16,375 nt of DNA, from NCBI GenBank assembly GCA_964014485.1, contig CAXHAT010000177.1:1-16375 (forward strand), given 5' to 3'. Positions 6,722 to 15,699 of the stretch are shown here, in pieces. The notes beneath the pieces were generated by a model. The model saw only the letters and a list, made by a program, of their open reading frames with translations. It made no database searches and was not told the DNA's origin. Position 1 is the first letter of the stretch. The number at the start of each line of letters is the position of its first letter. The translations under genes were made by a program, and so were the position numbers. The stretch comes from an uncultured Deferribacteres bacterium (GTDB lineage Bacteria; Zhuqueibacterota; Zhuqueibacteria; Zhuqueibacterales; Geothermadaptataceae).

Positions 6722-7906
6722 TTAACGTATACGATAACCAAGTGCAGCGATAAAGGTTGTGCCCCAGCGCCAGTCGTCTCTTTCATCCAGCCTTGTTAAG
6801 TTCTGGCCGAACACATTGCCGGAAATGGTCAGCGTGAACCGATTTTCGAGATAGTAAAAGAATTCGGCGGAAAGTCGGGTGGATTTTGTCGTGAAAAAAT
6901 CGTTGCGAAAAAAGTTTGTAAAATCGTTACGGTTATAGTTAAAGCTGTGATTCAGGGCCAAATCAACACGATTGGTAATTTCACGAGTAAAGCTTGAAGA
7001 TGTAAAAAATCGCCGATTGGAGAAATCATCGTCGAGCGGCTCTCGGTAGGAGCTGAAATGACTGAACTGCGATTTCAATCCAATCGGCAGATCGATTCTC
7101 AATCGTGCATCCAAACCGACACTTTCCGTGTCGTTTTCATGATCGAATTGCCCGCTAAGACCGACTTCCAGCGTCCAGCCGTGCATGCGTTGAAAAATGC
7201 GCTCAAACGTGAGCACTTCCCGCATGCGAAGAATGCCCCACGCGTCCAGTTCACTGTCGGGCAAGCGCCCGGCGTTTTGTAAAACGGCTTCCATATCTTG
7301 AAACCATTGTACCTCGTAGGTCTCACCGTAAGTCGTTTCGTACTGATTTCTTCTTTCGATCAAGTGCGCCAGCTCGTTCAGATGACTGGCCGATAGCGCG
7401 CCGTTCAATTTTTGGTCTTTGTTTAAAAATTCATCGATGCGAATCGCTTTTGCTAGCGCAGTGGCATTGATCACGCGGCCAAAGCCAAGACCAACTGTAA
7501 AAAATGTATTGTGAACTTCGGCCTGGAATTCTCGTCCGTTGATGACGTCTGAATTATTGAACGCGCTGCCGAAAGCGAAGCTTTTGTTGCTGTTCGAAAA
7601 GTATTTCCTGAAAGTCGCAAAGATATTGCGATTGTGGCGCAGGTCGTCGTCCAGATATTGCGCTTCGACGTCGGCGCGAATCGCCCAGGAAAACGGCAGT
7701 GAATCGTAGAATCTGTTATAATTGAGTGCGGCAAAGCCGTCGGTGGTTGAACTGCCGTCAAAGCTGGAACGATTGAAATCGAAATTGAACCAGAATTGCT
7801 CGGCCTTGCTGATCGGAGTGGAGTAATCGGTGATTTTGACGCTTTGAGAAAAAGCGGCGGAAGCGGAAAAGGCGAGCGCAAAGAAAACCGGGATTTGGCG
7901 GCGCAT
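6722..7906 (-). CDS. Putative outer-membrane beta-barrel protein, function unknown
   Basis: 394 aa. Signal peptide ending AAFS, alternating aromatic/polar strands, C-terminal strand FIAALGYRIR. AGGAGA RBS. Confidence 0.7.
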   Translation of the reverse strand: MRRQIPVFFALAFSASAAFSQSVKITDYSTPISKAEQFWFNFDFNRSSFDGSSTTDGFAALNYNRFYDSLPFSWAIRADVEAQYLDDDLRHNRNIFATFRKYFSNSNKSFAFGSAFNNSDVINGREFQAEVHNTFFTVGLGFGRVINATALAKAIRIDEFLNKDQKLNGALSASHLNELAHLIERRNQYETTYGETYEVQWFQDMEAVLQNAGRLPDSELDAWGILRMREVLTFERIFQRMHGWTLEVGLSGQFDHENDTESVGLDARLRIDLPIGLKSQFSHFSSYREPLDDDFSNRRFFTSSSFTREITNRVDLALNHSFNYNRNDFTNFFRNDFFTTKSTRLSAEFFYYLENRFTLTISGNVFGQNLTRLDERDDWRWGTTFIAALGYRIR

Positions 7907-8017
7907 AGGTTTCTCCTGTAAATTTGACTGGTGATTTTTTGGGGAAATGGGCGCGGGCGCGCATGAAGGTGTAACGCCCGAACTTTCCGATTGGTTTCCT
8001 CAACGAAAATTCATTGA

Positions 8018-8046
8018 TTGCATTGCATCAGAATGATGCTTAGAAT
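8018..8046 (+). promoter_or_regulatory. Candidate sigma70 promoter for the CotH gene, with a palindrome in the spacer
   Basis: TTGCAT (8018-8023) - 17 nt - TAGAAT (8041-8046). GCATCA-GAA-TGATGC at 8025-8039. Confidence 0.45.
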
Positions 8047-8051
8047 TTATC

Positions 8052-8299
8052 AACTGACGTTACCCACGCGCGAGCAAAGTGAGCGAGCAACTTTTGATTC
8101 TCGTTAGGAGTTGTCTCAAAACATGATATTTTGGTGCGCTACACCACATGTAGGGGTTCAAAATTTTGAACCCCGACGACATGTTGCATGCCTTGCATTC
8201 GGAGACCATGTTTAGACAGCCCCATTTTGGAGCCCGGCGCTAATGAGACGAGATTTGCTTTAAGACTCAGCATATGCGTTATCGCGCGTAACGTCAGTT
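8052..8299. mobile_element. MITE-like shell (family A, copy 2) enclosing a family B element
   Basis: Perfect 12-bp TIR AACTGACGTTAC (8052-8063) / GTAACGTCAGTT (8288-8299), related to the 2746/3109 ends. Confidence 0.6.
8107..8223. mobile_element. Family B MITE-like element with a central 28-bp GTAG REP (8150-8177)
   Basis: Ends GGAGTTGTCTCAAAACATG / CATGTTTAGACAGCCCC. 8150-8223 aligns closely with 15744-15819. Confidence 0.75.
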
Positions 8300-8358
8300 C
8301 TTAAAAACGGCGCAGCCAATGTACGGACGGGTTGAATAGGCCCAAATCAGGAATCGAA

Positions 8359-11300
8359 ATGTCAGGAAAACAACTGTTCCTAAAAAACGCTCTCTTGTTC
8401 ACAGCATTGTCTTGTTATTTTTTTGGCAACGCTTCAGCCCAGACATTGCGCATCAACGAAATAATGGCTTCCAACGCTGAAACGATCATTGACGAAGACG
8501 GAGACACGCCCGACTGGATCGAGATTTACAACCCGGGCGCTTCTTCCGTTTCGCTGCTCGATTTTGGGTTGAGCGACAATCTTGACAATCCGCGCAAGTG
8601 GCTGTTTCCAAGCGCACAAATTCAGCCGGGGGAGCATTTGCTGATTTTCGCTTCCGGCAAGGATAGAAAAGCGACGAGCAACTGGACGACGGTAATCGAT
8701 CATGGCGACCACTGGCGCTACCTGGTTGGCACTTTTGAGCCGCCCTCAACCTGGAAGAATTTGTCTTTTAACGCCAATTCCTGGAAGCAAGGCCCCAGCG
8801 GTTTCGGCTACGGCGATAATGACGACGCAACATTTTTATCGTCGCTCCGCTCGCTCTACATTCGCAAAAAATTCACGCTCACCGAAACAAACCGTCTCCA
8901 AGCCCTCCGGCTTTACGTTGACGTTGACGACGGCTTTGTCGCCTACTTGAACGGCATTGAAATCGCGCGTTTCAACCTGGGCGCCCCCGGCGAATTCTTT
9001 CCCTACTCCCGGGAAGCGCCGACTTTTGTCGAGCCGCGAATGGTGAACGGGGAGCCGCCGCTGCTTTTTACGATTGATAATTTTGCCGGGTTAGTGAAGG
9101 AAGGCGAAAACGTTCTGGCGATTCAAACGCACAACGTAAGCCTAACTTCCTCTGATTTTACCATGATCCCGTTCTTGATCGCCGCTTACGACGGAGCGCC
9201 GCCAAATCCCGTTCGCGGCATTCCCAAAGTTCTCGAAGGATCTCTGCCGCGCTTACACACAAATTTTCGTCTTTCCGCCTCTGGAGAGACGACGTATCTT
9301 TCGAACGCCGCCGGCGCTTTGGTAGACTCGCTGGCTGCGCCGCTGCTTTTCCCGGACTATACTTTTGGCCGCAAACCAGACGGCTCGGCAAACTTGACCT
9401 ATTTTCAGGAGCCGACGCCCGGCGTTTCCAACAACAATGCGCGGACGATCAACCGTTTTTCCGACCCGGTCATTTTTTCGCACACGCCGGGGTTTTATAG
9501 CAGCACAATCTCGCTTGAGCTCGATCACCCCAATTCCCAGGCGAACATTTACTACACGCGCGACGGATCGGCGCCCGACGCTTCGGATCGAAGGTACACC
9601 TCGCCAATCTCAATTTCCAAAACTACCGTTGTTCGCGCCGTCGCCATCGTCCCCGGCGAAACGCCGATTTTTCCATCCACGGCGACTTTTTTCATTAAAG
9701 AAAACATTTCTCTGCCCGTTGTTTCGGTGATCGCGGAACCGGCGGATTTTTGGGACAATGACACAGGCATTTATGTGGACGGCGATAACGCCCAGGACGC
9801 ATTCCCGCATTTTGGCGCTAACTTTTGGGAGGATTGGGAGCGTCCGGGAGTGGTCGATTTTTTTGAACCGGACGGCGCCCACGCTTTTCAAGCCGGAGTC
9901 GGGGTCAAAATCTTTGGCGGTTGGTCGCGCGGTTATCCGCAAAAGTCACTCTCAATTTTTGCCCGCGCGCAATACGGGACTTCAAACATCGATTATGCGC
10001 TCTTTGGCGACCGCGGCCCGCAACGATTTGAAGCTTTTGTCTTGCGCAACTCAGGCAACGACTGGTTCGCCAGCATGATGCGCGACGGTTTGATGCAATC
10101 GCTGGTTGACGACTTCAACGTCGATCGATTGCAGTGGCGACCAGCCATCGTTTTTATCAACGGCGAGTACTGGGGAATTCATCACATTCGCGAAAAAATT
10201 AATGAACATTATGTGGCGAGCCACCATGACGTTGCGCCAAATGAAGTCGATTTGCTGGAGATTCAAAATGACGTGATTCACGGCAGAAACGACGATTATC
10301 TGGCTCTGCTCAATTACATCCAAAACAATAACTTGGCAAATGATGATCGGTACGCTTGGGTCGAAGAGCGGATCGACGTCGACAGTTATTTGGATTACAT
10401 GGTCGCCCAGATTTTCTTCGACAACCGCGATTGGCCGGGCAACAACATCAAATACTGGAAAGCACGCCGGCCAGAGGCAAAATGGCGCTGGATTCTCTTT
10501 GACACGGATTTTGGATTCGGCCTTTTTGAAGACAATACGTACGGGCGCAATACGATTGCTTTTGCGTTAGACCCAAACGGCCCCGGCTGGCCGAACCCGC
10601 CCTGGTCGACCTATTTATTTCGTAATCTGGTCAAAAACGAAGGTTTCGAAAACGCGTTGATTCATCGATTCGCTGATCGATTGAACACAGATTTCACCGC
10701 TTCCAGAATTGAAGCGGTCACAGACTCAATCTTGAGTATTATCACGCCGGAAATTCAAAGACACCGCGGAAGATGGTCAGGTTCGGCGTGGAACTGGAGC
10801 GGACATATTGCACGCATCCGGCAATTTGGCGAGTTGCGGCCTTCGCATCAACGCTCCCATGTTTTGCAGCAATTCGGTCTGAGCGGAACGTTCCGTCTAA
10901 CCGTTGACGCATCTCCGAGCGAAGGCGGCGGCGTTCGCGTGGGCGTGCTGGATTTGAAGAATCTGCCGTGGTCAGGAGATTATTTTCGCAATGTCCCTGT
11001 CGAAATCAAGGCTGAGCCGAATCTCGGCTATCGATTCTTGGAATGGAGCGATCAAAGCTTTGGGGCCAATCCGGAGATCACGTTGGAAACTTCGCAGAAT
11101 TATCAAATATCCGCTATTTTCGAAAAAGCCCCGGCCTCCGAAATTAAGCTCATTATTAACGAAATCAATTATCGCTCGGCGCCAAACGCCGACGCCGGGG
11201 ATTGGGTTGAGTTATACAATCCGTCGTCCGATTCCGTCGCGTTGTTCGGGTGGCGCTTTCAGGACGGGGATGATTTGCACCAATTTATTTTCCCTGCAAA

Positions 11301-11937
11301 CTTAACGATTGCCGGGAAAGGATTTATGGTTTTAGCGCAGGATTTGCAAAAGTTCCAGAGTGTTTTCCCTGCTGTTGAAAACGTCGTCGGCAATTTCAAT
11401 TTTGGTTTGAGCGGCGGCGGAGAATTGGTGCGTCTGCGCGATCCATCCGGCGAAATTTCAGATTCGCTCAGCTATGACGACGCAGCGCCTTGGCCGACGG
11501 CGGCGGATGGTCAGGGTAGAACGTTGGAGCTGATCGCGCCCGAATCCGACAATTCACAAGCGCAAAATTGGCAGGCGAGTTTTGTCCCAGGCGGCACGCC
11601 CGGCGCGCCAAACTCCCTCCCGACCAGCGCTGCTGATGATGAAGGCAATGCGCCGCCGAACGCTTTTTCTCTCGAGCAAAACTACCCCAATCCGTTCAAT
11701 CCCGTCACCTTGATTCGATTTCAATTGCCTGAGAAAAGTGACGTTTCCCTGAAAATTTACAATAGCGCCGGACAGCTTGTTCGCACGCTGGCTACAGGCA
11801 AATTCTTTGCTGGAACTCATGAAATTATCTGGGACGCGCGGGATGATTTCGGGAATCAAGCGGCAAGCGGCGTGTATCTTTACACGATGGAAGCGGGAGC
11901 CTTTTCCGCCAAGCGTAAGATGATATTTTTGAAGTAG
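8359..11937 (+). CDS. Secreted CotH kinase family protein with lamin-tail domains, Fn3-associated/CHB_HEX_C-like domain and C-terminal FlgD/T9SS-type sorting domain
   Basis: Signal peptide (ASA|QT); LTD 'INEIMASN...DWIEIYN'; 'IYYTRDGSAP'; CotH motifs GGWSR...QKS, LRNSGND, NGEYWGI...EK, NRDWPGNN, WILFDTDFGFG; second LTD 'INEINY...DWVELYN'; CTD 'LEQNYPNPFNP...SGVYLY...KMIFLK'. Start ATG 8359 with AGGA RBS; the ORF track start is TTG 8332. Confidence 0.9.
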   Translation: MSGKQLFLKNALLFTALSCYFFGNASAQTLRINEIMASNAETIIDEDGDTPDWIEIYNPGASSVSLLDFGLSDNLDNPRKWLFPSAQIQPGEHLLIFASGKDRKATSNWTTVIDHGDHWRYLVGTFEPPSTWKNLSFNANSWKQGPSGFGYGDNDDATFLSSLRSLYIRKKFTLTETNRLQALRLYVDVDDGFVAYLNGIEIARFNLGAPGEFFPYSREAPTFVEPRMVNGEPPLLFTIDNFAGLVKEGENVLAIQTHNVSLTSSDFTMIPFLIAAYDGAPPNPVRGIPKVLEGSLPRLHTNFRLSASGETTYLSNAAGALVDSLAAPLLFPDYTFGRKPDGSANLTYFQEPTPGVSNNNARTINRFSDPVIFSHTPGFYSSTISLELDHPNSQANIYYTRDGSAPDASDRRYTSPISISKTTVVRAVAIVPGETPIFPSTATFFIKENISLPVVSVIAEPADFWDNDTGIYVDGDNAQDAFPHFGANFWEDWERPGVVDFFEPDGAHAFQAGVGVKIFGGWSRGYPQKSLSIFARAQYGTSNIDYALFGDRGPQRFEAFVLRNSGNDWFASMMRDGLMQSLVDDFNVDRLQWRPAIVFINGEYWGIHHIREKINEHYVASHHDVAPNEVDLLEIQNDVIHGRNDDYLALLNYIQNNNLANDDRYAWVEERIDVDSYLDYMVAQIFFDNRDWPGNNIKYWKARRPEAKWRWILFDTDFGFGLFEDNTYGRNTIAFALDPNGPGWPNPPWSTYLFRNLVKNEGFENALIHRFADRLNTDFTASRIEAVTDSILSIITPEIQRHRGRWSGSAWNWSGHIARIRQFGELRPSHQRSHVLQQFGLSGTFRLTVDASPSEGGGVRVGVLDLKNLPWSGDYFRNVPVEIKAEPNLGYRFLEWSDQSFGANPEITLETSQNYQISAIFEKAPASEIKLIINEINYRSAPNADAGDWVELYNPSSDSVALFGWRFQDGDDLHQFIFPANLTIAGKGFMVLAQDLQKFQSVFPAVENVVGNFNFGLSGGGELVRLRDPSGEISDSLSYDDAAPWPTAADGQGRTLELIAPESDNSQAQNWQASFVPGGTPGAPNSLPTSAADDEGNAPPNAFSLEQNYPNPFNPVTLIRFQLPEKSDVSLKIYNSAGQLVRTLATGKFFAGTHEIIWDARDDFGNQAASGVYLYTMEAGAFSAKRKMIFLK

Positions 11938-11943
11938 CCCTTG

Positions 11944-11971
11944 GTAAAGACACGATGCTTCGCGTCTCTAC
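11944..11971. repeat. 28-bp GTAG-type REP, subfamily 2, overlapping the MaoC stop codon
   Basis: GTAAAGACACGATG-CTTCGCGTCTCTAC, an imperfect palindrome between convergent genes, similar to 4855-4882. Confidence 0.7.
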
Positions 11972-12414
11972 AATTTTTTACCTTTTTTCGGAACCCAAAC
12001 CACGCCGCGTCCTTTGGCGACAAGCTCATCTTCTACCCTCGATTCCGCATCGAAATGAACGCGCTGTTTTTCAGGCTCAATTTTGACGACTGTGATTTTC
12101 GCCGAAACGTGCGCGCCGATGCGAACGGGTTTAACAAAAAGAATTTCCTGTCTCAACCATGCACTTCCGGGGCCGGGAAGCTTCGTTCCCACAATGGTCG
12201 ACCACAGGCTGACAGTCAACATGCCATGAACAATTCTCCCGCCGAACCGGGTTTGCGCCGCAAAATTTTCATCAAGGTGGAGCGGATTGTCGTCCCCGGA
12301 AACGGCGGCGAATGCATTTACGTCGGCGTCTGAAATCGCTTTTGCGAAAGAAGCCGACGCGCCGATAGAGACGTCCTCCAGAAAATAACCATGCTGCTCG
12401 GCGAACTCCTCCAT
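11968..12414 (-). CDS. MaoC family dehydratase (PhaJ-like (R)-enoyl-CoA hydratase, hot-dog fold)
   Basis: FAAVSGDDNPLHLD (D-x4-H dyad), FGGRIVHGML, LPGPG, FVKPVRIG. Confidence 0.9.
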   Translation of the reverse strand: MEEFAEQHGYFLEDVSIGASASFAKAISDADVNAFAAVSGDDNPLHLDENFAAQTRFGGRIVHGMLTVSLWSTIVGTKLPGPGSAWLRQEILFVKPVRIGAHVSAKITVVKIEPEKQRVHFDAESRVEDELVAKGRGVVWVPKKGKKL

Positions 12415-12415
12415 T

Positions 12416-13186
12416 TTAATCCTTCATCAAGGAAGCGTACTCGTCGGCAATGTCGAGATCGACGTCATCCACGCCGACGGCGTCAAATGGATTTTCGAGG
12501 CTCTCCTGAATATTGTCGAGACTGACCAAAACCAGGCTGTACAATCCGGCGACAAGAAAGCCGACCCAGACGGCGGAATCATTCGAAAGATGAGCAAAAT
12601 AAGGGGCGTAAAGAATAGGGAAAGTATTGAGGAAAATTTGGCTGTAAGCGCGCAACGCTTTCGGCGTGCGATAGAGAAAAATATTGCGCATACGCTCGAA
12701 TTCAATGATCATCGCGCGTAAATATTGGTTGGTGCGGGAAATCTCGTTGGCCGGAACGCCGGAGTGGCGCAAGTCTTCCATCATCCGGGAAAGATCGGAA
12801 AAAATTTCATAGATTTTGTGAAAGTCCTCCTTGAAATCTTCAGGCGTGATGAATTTGGTGCGCAGGGCTTGCAGAAGCGAGGAGAGCTTGGCGCGCATCG
12901 GTTCCGCCAGCGCTTTATTTTCCGGCGGCCAATCCCGAAAAGCGAAATAAATCGACATGCCGTGCGCTTTTAATGACGCGAAATAGCGCAGCGCTTCTTC
13001 GCGTCTGCGGTAGGCCGCGTTAATGGAAAAAACAATTGGAAAAACAATGGCAATGCCAATGAGCGTGGTCGGCAAATTCACCGTGATTTCATAAATTCGA
13101 CAAAGGTAAGTCGCGGCAAAAGCCATGATGAGAACAATGAATGTCTGCAGGTTGACAATGCTCCAAAAACGACGAAGAATTGACAT
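12416..13186 (-). CDS. Bestrophin-like membrane channel protein
   Basis: Two N-terminal and two C-terminal TM segments, 'FSINAAYRRREEA', 'IQESLENPFD...DD'. Start ATG 13186 with GAGGAG RBS; the ORF track start is 13222. Confidence 0.65.
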   Translation of the reverse strand: MSILRRFWSIVNLQTFIVLIMAFAATYLCRIYEITVNLPTTLIGIAIVFPIVFSINAAYRRREEALRYFASLKAHGMSIYFAFRDWPPENKALAEPMRAKLSSLLQALRTKFITPEDFKEDFHKIYEIFSDLSRMMEDLRHSGVPANEISRTNQYLRAMIIEFERMRNIFLYRTPKALRAYSQIFLNTFPILYAPYFAHLSNDSAVWVGFLVAGLYSLVLVSLDNIQESLENPFDAVGVDDVDLDIADEYASLMKD

Positions 13187-13203
13187 AGTCTCCTCACAAA
13201 GAA

Positions 13204-14334
13204 TTACAAGTTTTCCCACCAATTTTGACGGGGATATTCTGGTTTTCCTACGATAATTGATTCACCGATTCTCGGCGTTGAGACAGGCAAATTTTGCTTA
13301 ATCGCTTCCGCCGTAACGCGCTCGATCGGGTCCGTCCAACTATGCGTCGCCAAGGTGAACGCGCCCCAATGAATGGGAACGATAAGCGAGGCGCGAACGT
13401 CTATTCCCGCCTGAACGGTCTGCTCCGGAGTCATGTGAACGTCCGGCCAAAGATCATTGTACTGCCCGCATTCCATCAGGCCAAGATCAAACGGCCCGTA
13501 CTTTTCGCCGATCTCTTTGAAGTGAGCGCCATAGCCGCCGTCTCCGCTGAAGTAGATATTTCTGCTTTGACCGCGAATCACCCAAGAACCCCACAAAGTT
13601 ACGAATTGATCGCCAAGCCCTCTGCCGGACATATGCTTCGCGGGGGCGAGAATCAAGGTCAATGAATCGAAAGTCTTTTCCTCGCGCCAGTCCGTCTCAT
13701 AAATTTTGTCCCAGGAAATTTCCCATGCCGCTAAATGGCTGCCGACGCCGAGCGGGACGTAAAAGCGGCGCGTTTTTTCTTTTAGCTTTTTGATCGACGG
13801 ATAATCCAGGTGATCATAATGATCGTGAGAAATGAGAACGGCGTCAATTTCGGGCAATTGCTCGATTTCAATAGGCATTTCATTACTGTAGCGTTTCCTG
13901 CCTAACAGGGCGTGCGGGGCGGCGTACTGGCTGAAAATCGGGTCGAGCAATAGCGTTTTGCCGTCGATTTCAAGCAAGAAAGCGGAATGTCCGAACCAGG
14001 TGACTCGCGTGAGAGAATCAGATTTATTCGTAATGGTTGCAGCGCCGATCTTTTGAACAGGAACGTCCTTTTTCGGCGAGACATTGGGGTCGGGGCTCAA
14101 CATTTCCTTCAGCATTTCTTTGACGCTGTGGCAGTCGATGGTGAGGTTAAACGGCTCTTCGTTGTGAAATTTTCCGTCTGAGTAGCGCCCGGTTTTCTCA
14201 TAAAGTTTGCGGCGTTCTTCGGTAGGAGTTCCGCCAAACTGCGGCGAAAAGGAGACAAACAAGAATCCGGTCAGCAAGATGAGAAGAATCAAGCTGGCCA
14301 AAACAAGCGCTGTTTTTTTCAAGAGTTTGATCAT
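13204..14334 (-). CDS. MBL-fold metallo-hydrolase (NAPE-PLD/RomA-like) with N-terminal anchor
   Basis: TWFGHSAFL, LLDPIFS, ISHDHYDHLD (HxHxDH), PAKHMSGRG, FSGDGGY, ECGQY, PIHWGAF. Confidence 0.9.
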   Translation of the reverse strand: MIKLLKKTALVLASLILLILLTGFLFVSFSPQFGGTPTEERRKLYEKTGRYSDGKFHNEEPFNLTIDCHSVKEMLKEMLSPDPNVSPKKDVPVQKIGAATITNKSDSLTRVTWFGHSAFLLEIDGKTLLLDPIFSQYAAPHALLGRKRYSNEMPIEIEQLPEIDAVLISHDHYDHLDYPSIKKLKEKTRRFYVPLGVGSHLAAWEISWDKIYETDWREEKTFDSLTLILAPAKHMSGRGLGDQFVTLWGSWVIRGQSRNIYFSGDGGYGAHFKEIGEKYGPFDLGLMECGQYNDLWPDVHMTPEQTVQAGIDVRASLIVPIHWGAFTLATHSWTDPIERVTAEAIKQNLPVSTPRIGESIIVGKPEYPRQNWWENL

Positions 14335-14999
14335 AAATTTTTTGACAGCGAATCAATGTCCGCATTGGAAAGGCGTTTTTTGGAGCAGCCGTTGCGCGCA
14401 GCATTTAGCATTGCTTTGCCGATCTTCACTGTGTCCGTGAAAGCGCTCGGAAAAAGCGCAAGCAACGGGTATATCGGCTTGAAAATCGTGTAGATGAATT
14501 GGTAAGATCGGACGGTTGAGCGTGTTCCTTTGAGCGGCTGGATGTAGCCGGGGCGGAACATATAAGCGTCTTTAAATGGCAGCTCCAACAGTGCGTTCTC
14601 CGTTTTTCCCTTTACTCGCGCCCACATGATCCGTCCTTTTTCTGAAGAATCCGTTCCGGCGCCTGACACATAACAAAAAACCATCCGCGGGTTATGCTCC
14701 AAGAGTTTATGCGCGAAATGCAGTGTCAAGTCATGGGTGACGCGATGATAGGCCGCCTCCGCCATGCCCGCCGAACTCACGCCTAAACAGAAAAAACAAG
14801 CGTCATAACCAATCAGTTTGTTTTCGATTTCGGTGAGATCAAAAAAGTCTTTCACCAACACTTCTTGAAATTTGTCATGCTCCAACCCAACGGATCGTCG
14901 GTTGATGACAAGCGCTTTTTCGACAGAGTCGTCTGCAAGACATTCAAGCAAGACGCCTTTGCCGACCATGCCGGTCGCGCCGGTGATGATGACTTTCAT
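14331..14999 (-). CDS. NAD(P)-binding epimerase/dehydratase-like atypical SDR
   Basis: ITGATGMVG, DACFFCLGVSS, YVSGAG, WARVKGKTENAL, FRPGYI. ATGA overlap with the next gene. Confidence 0.88.
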   Translation of the reverse strand: MKVIITGATGMVGKGVLLECLADDSVEKALVINRRSVGLEHDKFQEVLVKDFFDLTEIENKLIGYDACFFCLGVSSAGMAEAAYHRVTHDLTLHFAHKLLEHNPRMVFCYVSGAGTDSSEKGRIMWARVKGKTENALLELPFKDAYMFRPGYIQPLKGTRSTVRSYQFIYTIFKPIYPLLALFPSAFTDTVKIGKAMLNAARNGCSKKRLSNADIDSLSKNL

Positions 15000-15013
15000 T
15001 CTGGCGAGGTTCT

Positions 15014-15427
15014 TCAGGGTTTCAGGCTATCGGGTTTCGTCTTGCCGAGCGCATCGAGCGCAAAAACATACGGCTCTTCCGCCTCGGTCATCGTCGCAAT
15101 CGCGAAGCTTTCTTCTTCCACAAATTGCACGGCGATATTTTTGAAAGCAAACGGCTGTTCCGCATTTTCCTTCACAAACATGGCGATTGTTTTCGCCTCC
15201 GCGGCGCGTTCTTCTTTTTCGTAGCCGAAAATTGGAGAGTTGACCATTCTCACCGTCAGTGTGTCATTGTTCGAAATGTTCAGATTGATTTTGTCCGCTT
15301 CGAACTCCTTCGCCATTTTTTCCTGCAGCGTCATCAAGCTCTTGACCGAATCGACAAAATCACAGCCCGCCGCGACAAAAACGGCAATCGCCAGACCAAC
15401 AAAGATTTGTTTTGAAATGCGTTTCAT
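15014..15427 (-). CDS. Hypothetical lipoprotein
   Basis: 137 aa. MKR + hydrophobic stretch + lipobox AAG|C. GAGGT RBS. First gene of a tightly spaced operon. Confidence 0.75.
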   Translation of the reverse strand: MKRISKQIFVGLAIAVFVAAGCDFVDSVKSLMTLQEKMAKEFEADKINLNISNNDTLTVRMVNSPIFGYEKEERAAEAKTIAMFVKENAEQPFAFKNIAVQFVEEESFAIATMTEAEEPYVFALDALGKTKPDSLKP

Positions 15428-15519
15428 GGCTATACCTCAATATCGTGCACAAACATGTTTATTCTAAAGATACACGACTCATGCCAGTTTTATTCATCAC
15501 GCTGCTTAACCCTGACGAG

Positions 15520-15652
15520 GCTGTCGAAAAAGCTCCCGGTTTGTCATTCCGTAGGAATCTTTGTTATCGCCCAGTGCAGATTACGCTCAAAAGTTCAAGG
15601 GTTAAATCAAAAAAGATGCTTTCAGCATGACATTGTTGGCTTTTTCGACAGC
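15520..15652. mobile_element. Family D MITE-like element (GCTGTCGAAAAAGC shell around the 91-bp TGTCAT core at 15542-15632)
   Basis: Perfect 14-bp TIR at 15520-15533 / 15639-15652. Core homologous to 5663-5753. Confidence 0.75.
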
Positions 15653-15699
15653 TTTGACAGAGCTCCAAGCCCAGTCAAGGTTGGAAGTGTTACGGAGTG

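Noticed and set aside
13204..14334. MBL-fold gene as an antibiotic-resistance beta-lactamase
   Set aside because: Its motifs match the NAPE-PLD/RomA-like branch, not class B beta-lactamases.
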